Source: Naegleria gruberi
Taxonomy: Eukaryota
Assembly (NCBI GenBank): GCA_000004985.1
Contig: GG738893.1
DNA length: 64,000 nucleotides
Strand: one strand, 5' to 3'
Shown here: one piece after another, positions 12,598-23,437 of the stretch
Position numbering within the stretch: position 1 is the first letter of the stretch
Layout: each line of letters begins with the position of its first letter
Program-made: the position numbers and the translations under genes
The notes under the pieces: generated by a model
Database searches by the model: none
The model's input: the letters and a program-made list of their open reading frames with translations, nothing else
What the model was told of the DNA's origin: nothing

Positions 12598-13386
12598 ATG
12601 GGTATTCCCAGTGTTTTGATCACTTGTTTAATTTGGTTTCTTGCTTACCAATCTCCTCTTCTCAACAATATGATGATGAAGAATAATAATTATAGTAATT
12701 TAATGAATAATAATAACAACAATATCAATCATGGTCATCCGATGATGATGCAACATCAGAAGAATCCAAATATTCATCCCGAACATTACAATATTAAGAA
12801 GAGCAATAATAATGGAGTTCCGGATGATGGTGGTGCTCAATATTCATCAGGAATGGAAACATTGAATGGTAATATTAGTAACGCTGATCGATTGGCCTTT
12901 GGTCTCAAATGTATCTTTGTGGCATCCCTTCTCTTTCCATTTATTATTCAACGAATCGCTTCAAAGAGATTGAATTCCGAAGCAATTAATCCATTGTTAT
13001 TGGAGGAAAGAGCACTTTCTATTTCTTCATCAGGCTCATCTACTGTTTCATCATCCTCAACAATGGTACTTGATCAACAAGTCAAGTTGGATTTCATGTT
13101 TATTCAAACCATGCAAAGAATTTTACAGAACACTATTGAGCAGTTTATTATCTTTTCAATGAATGTATTGATATTGAGCTTGTATTTACACCCAAAGGAT
13201 TTTAAGATTATCATATTTGCTACCATTACTTTCATTGTTATGAGAATTGCTTTTTGGATTGGATATTTGAGACACTATGTAATGAGAGCAATAGGATTCT
13301 CAGTTGGTATGATAATGAATATTGTGTTGGCAATTAGTGGGTTGTATTTACTGATAACAAATGATGTTCTACCACATGTTTTATAG
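12598..13386 (+). CDS. hypothetical membrane protein with an Asn/Met-rich low-complexity N-terminus
   Basis: The 262-aa ORF starts with ATG. Several hydrophobic helices follow an N/M/H-rich tract. Confidence 0.35.
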   Translation: MGIPSVLITCLIWFLAYQSPLLNNMMMKNNNYSNLMNNNNNNINHGHPMMMQHQKNPNIHPEHYNIKKSNNNGVPDDGGAQYSSGMETLNGNISNADRLAFGLKCIFVASLLFPFIIQRIASKRLNSEAINPLLLEERALSISSSGSSTVSSSSTMVLDQQVKLDFMFIQTMQRILQNTIEQFIIFSMNVLILSLYLHPKDFKIIIFATITFIVMRIAFWIGYLRHYVMRAIGFSVGMIMNIVLAISGLYLLITNDVLPHVL

Positions 13387-13926
13387 AGAGATGATATCTT
13401 CAGACGGGAAGAATGGTCTACCATCAACAGCATTATACGATACCGTATTGGATCAAATATTCAAATATGCAAAGACAACGAGATATGTACATATTGAGCT
13501 CTCAACTCAACCAAAATTTTCATGCGCATAACTTCAACTTTGCCATTTATGATCATTTTTCAGATTACCATATTTACTCACTCTTCATTTGTAACTTTTT
13601 GTTTCAATTAACAAATTTCATTTCCTTTTATGATGAATTTGTACCGCTCTAAAATGCTCGTGCAATTAGTTTGTCATGAAAAATAGGAAAGTTTCTAACT
13701 ACGATACCATCTCCTTTCAGCATATTTCATTGATTTTTACGTTATCGCTGACCTGATTATCATATTTTTCACTAATCAAACTACAAACAAGTGATGACTG
13801 ACTCGAATAAGGCTTCCCCTATAGAGTATCGAATCTTTGTAGTAGCGTATTGGATTGACAACGCAATTATAAAATGTTTCAGACTGAAGTTAACTGAGAA
13901 AGTATCATTAAACAACCAAAAACAAA

Positions 13927-14376
13927 ATGTCAAACACCAACCAAACAAAAAGTAATAGGTCGAAAGCCCAAAGTAACTGGAACCAAGCCATGCTAGAGAG
14001 CTCGATAAATTCCAGCCGGCTGATAATATGGAAAGTGGCCAAAGATAAAACTATCAAATCCACACAGGAGAGAAAATCCATCAAGAAACAAAAGACGAAA
14101 GTGACTGTCGATGGAATTGTGAGGAATCGAATGATTTCTGATAGAGAGATTATGCAAGTTTTACATTTACCACAAATGCAAGCATGTAAAATATTGAATT
14201 GTAGTTTATCCACTTTGAAAAGAAGATTTTACGAATTGAAAGATGGTTTTGGATTAGACAGATGGCCCAATAATTTGCTTGTTGCCAGACATTTGCCAAT
14301 TTTCAAAAAGATTTATCCAATGTCTTTGGACTTTATTCTGAATCATGACGACGAAACATCTACCACTTCTCAATAA
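13927..14376 (+). CDS. small RWP-RK domain transcription factor (MID-like size)
   Basis: The RWP-RK domain reads RMISDREIMQVLHLPQMQACKILNCSLSTLKRRFYELKDGFGLDRWP and ends in the conserved tail HLPIFKKIYPMSLDFILNHDDE. The ORF starts with ATG. Confidence 0.75.
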   Translation: MSNTNQTKSNRSKAQSNWNQAMLESSINSSRLIIWKVAKDKTIKSTQERKSIKKQKTKVTVDGIVRNRMISDREIMQVLHLPQMQACKILNCSLSTLKRRFYELKDGFGLDRWPNNLLVARHLPIFKKIYPMSLDFILNHDDETSTTSQ

Positions 14377-14468
14377 AATCATCTACTAATTTCTAACTGA
14401 ATTTCGAACTAGAATACATGTTTATTTTCAAACAAATATTAGAAAGTCAAATGGATGACAGAGAATCT

Positions 14469-15680
14469 CTAACTAAGAATATCACCAACAGCTTTATAAC
14501 AATAAAATTCATATTTCAAAAACTCAAACGAGCCATCTCTTATTCCCAACGCCAAACAACTCGAATTAATTTCCTCTCCATCAGTCACTCCTCTATAATG
14601 CAACTCTTCCTTCATGAAACAAGTATAAACATGATTGAATTGTTGATTCTTGAGCAACTTTTCAAATTCCACTTCAACGCCATCGTGAGCTGTTTGATGT
14701 GGACAGCAATCAGCAATATTTGAATGGAATGATAATTGATGAGGAGCAGAATATTCAGAATGCAAATAGATCAGTAAATTGAAAAGTGCTTCCTTTGCAA
14801 AATTAACTTTCAAAACTCCAGATTTGTGACAATTAACTACAAAATCATTAATCCATTGATTGAAATTTTGAGTAATTTCGTTTGGAACTTGTTTTTCAAT
14901 TTCAACATCAACTTCATTGTAATCAAAATCATCAAAACCTGTAACAATGTGTGAGGAATCAATGAAATCTAACTTGAAAGAAGTTATCTTTCTGATATTT
15001 CTAACAATATCATGTTGATAAGTTCCAAAAAAATCATTCGATTCTACATAAACTCTACAACTTTCATTGTAATAAATCTTTTCCAAATCCTTTACAATTT
15101 TTTCATCAATTTTTTCAACAATTCCATTGATTAAGAAATGATTCTTGAAAGAGGTTGGACTTTCTTCTTTCTTTTCATTCGAAACATGACTAATCAGAAG
15201 TGGAAAGAATAAGAAATCTTCATAACTAAACCGAAAACGTTTCTGACACCAAATCAGCTCCATATCCATTCCAATTAATTTAGCCAACTCGTAAATTACA
15301 CCTTTGGCCTTCAATTGCTTTGGAACTTGATCAAAATTTTGTGGTTTTTCAAGTAAAATTTTGCCAAATGTCAAAACATTTTTCTTCATTGGACGTCCTA
15401 CTTCAAACTCGAATAACTTCTCAGTTAGACAAGATTCAATAGAATAATAAGCTTTTGATAGATAGTATAGCATGGAAACCTCATGAATATTGATAGGTTT
15501 CGGAAAATCTTGTTCGAAATCTTTCACAATTGGCTGAAGGAAAATATTTAAATTTTGTTCGATCAGGAATTTCCATTCCTTGTTCACGAGAGTGAATTTT
15601 AGGATATCTTTCAGGGTGGAATAGTCGAATAGGATGGAGAGGAAGGTGTCGATGTGGTGTGTGAGCGGATGTTGTGTCAT
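14469..15680 (-). CDS. hypothetical protein with an F-box-like N-terminus
   Basis: The 403-aa ORF starts with ATG. The N-terminus (FLSILFDYSTLKDILKFTLVNKEWKFLI) is F-box-like. Confidence 0.4.
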   Translation of the reverse strand: MTQHPLTHHIDTFLSILFDYSTLKDILKFTLVNKEWKFLIEQNLNIFLQPIVKDFEQDFPKPINIHEVSMLYYLSKAYYSIESCLTEKLFEFEVGRPMKKNVLTFGKILLEKPQNFDQVPKQLKAKGVIYELAKLIGMDMELIWCQKRFRFSYEDFLFFPLLISHVSNEKKEESPTSFKNHFLINGIVEKIDEKIVKDLEKIYYNESCRVYVESNDFFGTYQHDIVRNIRKITSFKLDFIDSSHIVTGFDDFDYNEVDVEIEKQVPNEITQNFNQWINDFVVNCHKSGVLKVNFAKEALFNLLIYLHSEYSAPHQLSFHSNIADCCPHQTAHDGVEVEFEKLLKNQQFNHVYTCFMKEELHYRGVTDGEEINSSCLALGIRDGSFEFLKYEFYCYKAVGDILS

Positions 15681-15761
15681 TTGCTATTTTTTTAGTTTCG
15701 AATAAAGTTTTATTTTTAATGAAAGTGTGAAACAGTGTTACATTCGGCTAAATTGAAAAGT

Positions 15762-17066
15762 TTACAATTTGATAATATCAGATTCTAAAATTTTCTTATA
15801 TCCTCCAACAGTTTGTTGTGAACTTTCACTATTCGAATCTTTTGATAATTGTGAAATTGGATTTTCCGTCTTTTCAAAAACAAATGTCGTGTACAACTTG
15901 ACAACTGTCCAAAAATCCTCATTCATATCTCGAACATTTAATCTTGGACGACTATTCTCAGTTTCTCTATTATTTCTGTATTTTTCATAAAAATCATAAA
16001 AATTCAAATTCTCAACCAATGAAAGATTGAATTCCTTGGCCATTTCTATAAATATTTGAGGGTTGACTAGATATTCAGGACATGGATCGACGGCATCTTC
16101 CAATTGGAATGTATAGCAATTTCCAAATGGTTCCTCAAATGATTTGTCATCAGAACATTGAAAATTAGCTTGAAATACTGAATTTTTCAATGTCTTTCCC
16201 TCAACTTTCTTTAACATGCTTTGTAAAACGTTGGAATCAAGTGTGGTGACGATGAATTTGCCTCCCTTCTTCAATCTACTGGTGGCATTTTGCAATGCAG
16301 TTTTAACATGTTCCTTACTTTGAAAAAAGTAGTGGAAGGCAAATTGACATGAAACTGTATCAAATTCCACATTGGAATCAAGTGCACTTTCAATTGACAC
16401 TTTCCCAACATCTGCATGAATTAATTTGGCAGGAAACTTCAAATCTCTTCCTCCATTATATCTTTCACTCAAACTCACCAATGAATTGAATGAAATATCA
16501 ACTCCTACATAATTCTTAATATTTCTAAAACTGAATTTGAATAAATCACCTCCCTTTCCACAACACAAATCCAAAACAGTGCACTCATTCGGAACATATT
16601 TGTAAATCAAAACTCCTTTCAGCCAATTATTAAAATCCTTAATTGGTTTAATTGGTGAATTGTTTCTTTCTTCCCTCGATTGATTCTTCCTCTGATCATA
16701 CATCTCCTCCGGTGTAAATGTTCTATTATTGTAATTCCTATTATTACTATCACGATGATGATAATTACGATTATTGTTGTTATTATTATTGTAATATCTA
16801 TTATTATTATTATTATTTGAATGATAACGTTCTTGTTGTTTATATTGTTTTTGAATTCCTCTTGATTCTCTATTATATGATGATGATGATGAATTATCAT
16901 CTCTATCATTCATTCTCCTATTATTATTATTGTTATTATTATTTTGATGATGATGAGAATTGGAAACATGATCATTCCGATATTCTCTTCTCCTCTCTGT
17001 ATTGTTATTGTTGTTGTTGTTGTTGTTATTACTGTGATGATGAGAGGCTGAGTCTTGTGCTGGCAT
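15762..17066 (-). CDS. mRNA cap guanine-N7 methyltransferase with an Asn/His-rich N-terminal extension
   Basis: Methyltransferase motif I reads VLDLCCGKGGDLFKF. The cap-MTase signatures are YVGVDIS and FDTVSCQFAFHYFFQS...GGKFIVTTLDSNVL. A poly-N/H/R low-complexity tract covers about 130 aa at the N-terminus. Confidence 0.75.
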   Translation of the reverse strand: MPAQDSASHHHSNNNNNNNNNNTERRREYRNDHVSNSHHHQNNNNNNNNRRMNDRDDNSSSSSYNRESRGIQKQYKQQERYHSNNNNNNRYYNNNNNNNRNYHHRDSNNRNYNNRTFTPEEMYDQRKNQSREERNNSPIKPIKDFNNWLKGVLIYKYVPNECTVLDLCCGKGGDLFKFSFRNIKNYVGVDISFNSLVSLSERYNGGRDLKFPAKLIHADVGKVSIESALDSNVEFDTVSCQFAFHYFFQSKEHVKTALQNATSRLKKGGKFIVTTLDSNVLQSMLKKVEGKTLKNSVFQANFQCSDDKSFEEPFGNCYTFQLEDAVDPCPEYLVNPQIFIEMAKEFNLSLVENLNFYDFYEKYRNNRETENSRPRLNVRDMNEDFWTVVKLYTTFVFEKTENPISQLSKDSNSESSQQTVGGYKKILESDIIKL

Positions 17067-17158
17067 TTTTTTTTAAATTGTTTGAACAAATATTATAAAG
17101 ATATTTAGGATAATTTTAAATCATGTAATATCATGTAATAACAACACTACAAAATATT

Positions 17159-18044
17159 AAAATTAAGGTGGCACTGTAGCTGACAATAAAAGGAAATTCG
17201 GTAAAAATTTTTGGTTAATTATTTTTTACAATTCTTGCTGAATGACGAAGTAATTTATTAAAGTTTGAGAGGTTCTCCTACACTCTCCTACAAATTTGGA
17301 GACTTGGTTAGAAGACAGCATCTTCTCTTATATGTGAATAGTTTATCCCTACTTTACTTTGCTTTACTTTTCACTCTCTTTAGAATAAATAATGAAATCC
17401 CAACATGATCCGATTGTTCTTCATCATCGTAACGGTAAAAAAATTAAAGTTTTAACCTTCTCCTACACTCCAGTAACAAAATTAAACATTGCAAAAAACA
17501 AGATATGGTCTAGATGTGTTGTTATGTTTGTACCAACTTTACTTTGCCTTCTTATTGTGTTTCCGTATTGAAAATAAGCAACTAAAAGTACTATCAAAAC
17601 CAATTAATTTTATTTTCGGATGTTCTACAAATTTTAAATGAAATTGCATCACGAAGTTCTCAACCATCAGATAGGATTCAACTGTTTCTGTAGCATGCAA
17701 AAGAGAATATTCTAAGAACAATACTGAATGTGTATGTAGATCACTGGTGTGGAAATTATGACAAGTGCTATGGAGAAAAAACAAGATGCTTGTTGTAAAA
17801 TTGACGAAAGAAGTGCATAGTTTCAGAAACACAATCAACAGAAATTAATTTCCGAAAAAGAAAGAAGAAGAAAATAGATCATGGTGTTTCATGTTCATGT
17901 ACTGCAAAAGTTGTCCTTGTAAATCAGCTCGTGTGTTGTGTGGCAATGATTGTCACAAAGGACAAACAAGATGTAAACTGTTTCGACTTGTTATTTTTTT
18001 TAAAATTTTGGTGAACAATGAACAATAGTGCCACCTTAAGACAT
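17159..18044. mobile_element. candidate non-autonomous TIR element: 15-bp imperfect inverted repeats each abutting a TTAA
   Basis: The left end TTAA-GGTGGCACTGTAG (17163..) and the right end ATAGTGCCACC-TTAA (..18040) are reverse complements (14 of 15). About 860 bp of non-coding-looking sequence lies between them. There is no transposase ORF. Confidence 0.25.
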
Positions 18045-18312
18045 TATTCTTGGATAATTTTTCGAAACACACGAAAGAAAAGAATAAATGTTGAATGGAT
18101 TACCTGAAGCAGCCAATAATTTTATTGTTCATATTTGTTAGGTTGCATTTCCTTTTAGAGCGAATTGAGCTGAAAAAACGTGTTGTGGGTTCCTGGTTCA
18201 AGAAACCGTTTTGACGGCTGTGGCAGCTGACACGCGTTATTTTGATGTTGGCGTTTAAATCGTCATCAACAACATGCTGATTATTAAATAATAATAATTA
18301 TTGTTAATAATA

Positions 18313-18789
18313 TTAGTCTTCGTTGAGAATGAATTGAAGGCTCATTGGATAAAGTTTGTTAAATATTGGCAAGTGACGTATTTCAAAAAAGTATTGTGGC
18401 CATCTCTCTAATCCAAATCCATCCTTCAATTCGTAAAATCTTCGTTTCAGAGTAGATAAACTACAATCTAATTGTTTACATGCTTGAATTTGGGACAAGT
18501 GCAATACCTGTAACATTTCCTTCTCAGAAATTATTCTATTTCGTCTTGGTTTTGAAATTTTAGTTTCAACAAAATGTGAAGAACCATTAGAGGATATCTT
18601 TCTCCAACATGTAGTCATGAATTGAGCAGAACCAGAGCCATTAGTATTTGTCTTTCTTGTATCAACTTGAAAGGATGAAGAATTCAATTTCTTGTTTTTG
18701 TCTGAAGATGACCCAGAAGATGAACTTGACAAGTCAGAACTCTTGAAATTTGCCGTGCTAGTTGACTGACATGGGGTGGTTGAATGCAT
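18313..18789 (-). CDS. small RWP-RK domain transcription factor
   Basis: The RWP-RK domain reads RIISEKEMLQVLHLSQIQACKQLDCSLSTLKRRFYELKDGFGLERWPQYFFEIRHLPIFNKLYPMSLQFILNED. The N-terminus is Ser-rich. The ORF starts with ATG. Confidence 0.75.
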   Translation of the reverse strand: MHSTTPCQSTSTANFKSSDLSSSSSGSSSDKNKKLNSSSFQVDTRKTNTNGSGSAQFMTTCWRKISSNGSSHFVETKISKPRRNRIISEKEMLQVLHLSQIQACKQLDCSLSTLKRRFYELKDGFGLERWPQYFFEIRHLPIFNKLYPMSLQFILNED

Positions 18790-19894
18790 TTTGATTTTGT
18801 GTTGTTGGTTTTTTTTGTGTTTTGATAATTTCTTCTTCTACACACAGCGTGTCTTTCCAAATTATGAAGCAGGAAGGCAACAATGAAGTGTCACACAAAT
18901 AACTGTCACATCTTCTACAACAGTAGAGCCTTCCTTTTAGAGAACCTATCCATGAAATTTGGAATTTTAACAAAGGCAACGAAATGAGATAAGCATGTTC
19001 GTGTGGTTTTCTTTGGGTAAGTGTTGAATTTAAACTCTCCTTTTAGGCCAACCAATCACTTGTGTTGACACTATTTGGGTTTTGATACGTTTTGATTTGG
19101 GCCTTGCTTGGCCACAAGTCCCTTATGGACCAATAACACTCATCTATTCTAGTACATTTAGGTAAATGTTAATATATTTAATGTTCAGAGCTGTTGTGAG
19201 AAGTTTTCTTCTTGTTTTTGTCGTTACCAAATGTACTCGGTAAATCATGATAGTGCCAAAATTACTCTGTAGAGAGGTGTTATTTCAACTGTTGAGATGA
19301 TTGTGTATTAGCAATATCAATTGTTCTTATCACTGATGAGAGTTCGGATGCATCTCCCGCATCAACAGAACTCCCTTTTCTCCCAACAAAATAGATTTAG
19401 CCATGGTAAATAAGAATCAGAATGTAATCAGGCTAAAAAACACTATTCTCACACCTTCGGCAATGAACTTTGCTCTTCTTGCCTTTTAAATTTGCTCTCA
19501 AAATCTTTACTATTTTCAAGCCTTCATAATGATCAAGACAACAACACGAAACCGTTCTCTATGCAATAATACATATATGTGTTCAAGAGAGAAATCAATA
19601 CAAAGGTTTTGAGGCTTTTTTATTAAGAATTTACAGTTTTCTTGGCGCCAAAAATTTTACTTTTAAATTAAACGTTTGAAAAAAATGGTGCGATGAATGA
19701 GAAGGAATTTTTGATCAAAATTCACGAAGGAGAAGTGCCATAGAGTTTGGTGTGAGATGATTGAATATGGGAGGTTTTATTTGATTTGATGCATTAATTT
19801 GAATAGCTGATCTATGATAATTATTTACAAGTGTATTAATAATTATTAGTAATTATTAATAATCAAAACATGAGTAAACATCATGATAATTTTT

Positions 19895-20395
19895 CTAATT
19901 GTTGAGAAGTTGTGGTTTTACATTTTCATCAGTTTGAATATTTGTGCTTTTGCTTCTGTACTCTGGATCGGCATATTTGAGCAAATTTAAAGTGGAACTA
20001 TTCAACTTTCTTGCTGGCTTTGAAATCCTATTGTTTGGTTTCAAGCTTTTCAGAACAAGTTGATGAGGACTGGAAGATTTCTTGATGAGGATTGGCTGGG
20101 TATTTAGTCTTGTGCTTATTAGAATTGGATTGGCTCTGTTAATGATTGTCCCATCATTAACATTATGTGTATTATTACTATTATTAAAGAAATCAATATG
20201 GCCCATCAACAGGTTCGTTTCATCTTGGAGAGGAGTTTGAATTGGATAATGCATTGCTAAATTATCGGAATGATGATATTGATCTCCTTCTTGTCCAAAT
20301 ACTTCATGTGCTTGTGGTGTTTGTTCTTGTGGAAAATATTCAACAACAATTTCTTCAACCTCTGATGAAGACAATGAATCTCTCGACCTGTTCAT
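19895..20395 (-). CDS. hypothetical Ser/Asn-rich protein
   Basis: The track ORF 19895..20473 starts at TTG, and the first ATG gives 20395. No domain was recognised. It may be an exon of a larger gene. Confidence 0.2.
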   Translation of the reverse strand: MNRSRDSLSSSEVEEIVVEYFPQEQTPQAHEVFGQEGDQYHHSDNLAMHYPIQTPLQDETNLLMGHIDFFNNSNNTHNVNDGTIINRANPILISTRLNTQPILIKKSSSPHQLVLKSLKPNNRISKPARKLNSSTLNLLKYADPEYRSKSTNIQTDENVKPQLLNN

Positions 20396-20573
20396 CACTA
20401 AAACACGTGTTGTATTTTTCTTTGGAAATGAAAACGATTGTTGACGGGCGCTAAAATACCAACAATCTTTCAATATGATTTAAAATAACAATATTTTTTG
20501 TTCCTACCCAAAAAAAGGTAAATTTGCTGTTGTCATAGAATGGAATGGAAATGGATTAATAGGTCGAATCTAT

Positions 20574-21206
20574 CTATTCCTCATCACTGTTGAGAATGAA
20601 TTGTAAATTCATTGGATAAATCTTTTTGAAAATTGGCAAGTGACGAATTTCAAAGAAATATTGAGGCCATCTTTCCAATCCAAAACCATCCTTCAATTCA
20701 TAGAATCTTCTCTTGAGTGTGGAAAGACTGCAATTAAGTTGTTTGCATGCCTTTTGTTGTGATAAATGCAAAACTCCAAGAATTTCCTTTTCAGAGATGA
20801 CTCTCTTCTTTTCCACTGAATTGAATGAATTCGTTTCCACAATATAATTAGCAAAAGTTGATGATGTGCATCTCCATTTGGTGATGGTAGGTGTTGTATT
20901 ATTAGATGAACCAACAGTAGGTAAGTTTCTATTACTGACATGTTGCCAAACATTTGCACTTAGATTCGATGCAGAGCTGCTGCTCTTAGGAGATCCACTG
21001 CTAACACTGCTCATACATGCATTATTGCTTCTAACACATTGTTGTGAATGAGAAGGATATTGAAATGTCTGATCTACCACATGCATGCCTTTCTGAACTA
21101 TCACATGTTTAGATATGCTCATTGCTGGCTGTTGTTCCAGCACAATGGTCAGCTTGTTTCCTGACATTTTCTTACTCTTTCCAATCTTGTTATTATTGCT
21201 ATTCAT
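20574..21206 (-). CDS. small RWP-RK domain transcription factor
   Basis: The RWP-RK domain reads RVISEKEILGVLHLSQQKACKQLNCSLSTLKRRFYELKDGFGLERWPQYFFEIRHLPIFKKIYPMNLQFILNSDEE. The ORF starts with ATG. Confidence 0.75.
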   Translation of the reverse strand: MNSNNNKIGKSKKMSGNKLTIVLEQQPAMSISKHVIVQKGMHVVDQTFQYPSHSQQCVRSNNACMSSVSSGSPKSSSSASNLSANVWQHVSNRNLPTVGSSNNTTPTITKWRCTSSTFANYIVETNSFNSVEKKRVISEKEILGVLHLSQQKACKQLNCSLSTLKRRFYELKDGFGLERWPQYFFEIRHLPIFKKIYPMNLQFILNSDEE

Positions 21207-21924
21207 CTTGTTGCTATTTTTTTTTGAAAATTATTGAAAGAATTGATATTTGGATTTGTGTCATTTATATACGAATTAAGAAGCAAGAATCATCTCTGGT
21301 TTGATGTTTTTTTCTCTTTTTGCTCGAATGTCACTGAGAATCATGATCATAGTTTGTTCGAGATGAAACGAATAGAATGGACGAAAGAGATACGTAAGGA
21401 GATGGTGTTTCTAGTTTTGATATTCTTGATGAAACAGGAGAACTTTTCTGTCCCTTTCATGTAATACGTGTTCTTTTTGAAGAGTACGGTAACATGTCAA
21501 ACACAAGTGTTAAGGAGATTGTTTAATCTTTGGATTACATGTGATTAATGGCATTTCTAATCTAGTTGAGCATGTTCAGAAACAACTCATCTATCTTTGA
21601 AATCAAGCCCTAAATACTTCAGAGATGATGAAACATGATTTCAACCATATTGATCATTATTCAAGTCGTTTGACTTTTGACAATTATTGAATACTTTAAA
21701 AGGAATCATCAAGTTGACATTATGATGATTTAATCGATGGTGAACCTTTAGCTTATCCTTCAAAACAAACTTCAATAATAATCGAGTCCAGTAGTTTAGA
21801 AATTGAAAACACAGTTTGTATTTTTTTACTGATGAGATTACTTCAACACGACAAACTAATTCATTCCACATTAGTCAACCAAGGCAACCTCAATCAAATA
21901 AGACAAATATTTTGACATCTTTCT

Positions 21925-22308
21925 TCAATCATTCAAAATGAATTGCAAACTCATTGGGTAAATCTGTTGGAAAATTGGCAAATGTCGAATTTCATGAAAA
22001 TATGTCGGCCAACAATTTAATCCCAAGCCATCCTTCAGTTCGTAGAATCTTCTTTTCAAGGTGGATAAACTACAGCCGAGTTGTTTGGATGCTTGTTGTT
22101 GGGAGAGATGCAAAACCTTGATCATTTCTTTATTGGATATGATTCGATTTTTTGTTTTCTTTCGTTTATTTCCTTCAATGAATTTGTTACCAATAGAAAC
22201 TCGTTTGAGGACGAAAGAGAACTCATTTGAAGAATGAGTTGTCGATTTGGTTGGAGAAGGTTTCTTTTTCACTATTGAAGTAATTTCAGATGTTTCAATT
22301 CTTGACAT
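21925..22308 (-). CDS. small RWP-RK domain transcription factor
   Basis: The RWP-RK domain reads RIISNKEMIKVLHLSQQQASKQLGCSLSTLKRRFYELKDGLGLNCWPTYFHEIRHLPIFQQIYPMSLQFILND. The ORF starts with ATG. Confidence 0.75.
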   Translation of the reverse strand: MSRIETSEITSIVKKKPSPTKSTTHSSNEFSFVLKRVSIGNKFIEGNKRKKTKNRIISNKEMIKVLHLSQQQASKQLGCSLSTLKRRFYELKDGLGLNCWPTYFHEIRHLPIFQQIYPMSLQFILND

Positions 22309-22454
22309 TTTGTTTGTTTTGCTTTCGTATACTTACTGTTAACATTTATATAGTACTGGATTGGTTGTAATCATGGGAGATTGAATATCATAATCAGGTG
22401 AGATAGTCTCGTCTCAATCCCAAAATGGATATTTTTATTTTGATTAGTCTTGAC

Positions 22455-22510
22455 AATTTTTGAGAATGAATTGAAAACTCATTCAATGATTTCTTCAAAT
22501 ATTGGAAAAT
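22455..22510 (-). pseudogene. decayed remnant of an RWP-RK gene 3' end
   Basis: The segment TTGAGAATGAATTGAAAACTCATTCAATGATTTCTTCAAATATTGG matches the conserved 3' ends of the RWP-RK paralogs at nucleotide level. The 18313 copy has TTGAGAATGAATTGAAGGCTCATTGGATAAAG...AAATATTGG. The reading frame is not intact. Confidence 0.3.
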
Positions 22511-22653
22511 TATGATAAGGGAGTTTCCAATTACCATTGATTTTATATACCATGATGATTGATGGTAACTTTTCAAGATAAAAACCTGCAACTTCTACAA
22601 CAGAAATTGATCAAAGACAATAACTAATACATTTATTAGCACCAGCCTCGAAT

Positions 22654-23157
22654 TTATCTGTTATTCATCTTGTTTACCTCTTTATTTAAGTTGTTAATCT
22701 GATTTATAAGCACAGCGTTCTCATTCTTTAAGAGTTTAACTTCCTTTCTAAGACTAGTACATTCACCACAACAAACTGGCGAGATTGGAGTTTCCTTTTT
22801 CTTTGATTTGCCTGCTTTTTTATCACTACGTTTCTCTGCCAACAGAATTCCTTCTAAACTCCTTGCTTGTTCTTCCAAGGCCTGATTTTTAGTGATAATA
22901 TCTGAAAAGGAAGAATTGGTAGGAAGGAAAATCAATGGTGCATTCTCAGTACTAAGAGAAGAATTCACAAAGAAAGTTGGAATTGGTTTAGCCAAATCTT
23001 CATCAACTACATTCTCAAAAATTACCATATCACCAATGCAAACTGGTTTTTGCAACGGGTTATTAAATGGTGGCTCCAAATGAGAAGTTTCAGATAGGCT
23101 TTTAGGAGTGCAATCTAACAACTTTCCCTTCTGCAGGTCTTTGCTAACAATAAGCAT
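22654..23157 (-). CDS. hypothetical protein with a C-terminal leucine zipper
   Basis: The first ATG is at 23157; the track start 23196 is TTG. The C-terminus has heptad leucines L-x6-L-x6-L-x6-L-x6-M (LRKEVKLLKNENAVLINQINNLNKEVNKM), preceded by a Lys-rich stretch. Confidence 0.4.
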   Translation of the reverse strand: MLIVSKDLQKGKLLDCTPKSLSETSHLEPPFNNPLQKPVCIGDMVIFENVVDEDLAKPIPTFFVNSSLSTENAPLIFLPTNSSFSDIITKNQALEEQARSLEGILLAEKRSDKKAGKSKKKETPISPVCCGECTSLRKEVKLLKNENAVLINQINNLNKEVNKMNNR

Positions 23158-23437
23158 TTTCAGAAGTGAGGGATTTTTTTTTAATTTATTTTTCAAGGTG
23201 ATTACGGTTTGCGCGGGAAATGTTGGTCATGTGATAAAGCAACATTGGTGGAATCATTAAGCTTGAATTGTTGCTTGTGAAAGTAAGATTGCAAACATGA
23301 GTATTAAGGAAACTTCTTTTGATCTATTCCAATTCAATTTTTTCAACAAGTTTCCAATAAATCTATCCGAAATCAGCACTTGGAAATCAAATTAATGTTA
23401 AAATTGTTTAAAATACAATAATTTCGAATAGATTTTA

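Noticed and set aside
16619-17098. Ile-rich and Tyr/Cys-rich ORFs overlapping the cap-methyltransferase N-terminus.
   Set aside because: They are alternate-frame and antisense readings of the AAT/AAC (poly-Asn) repeat. They are not independent genes.
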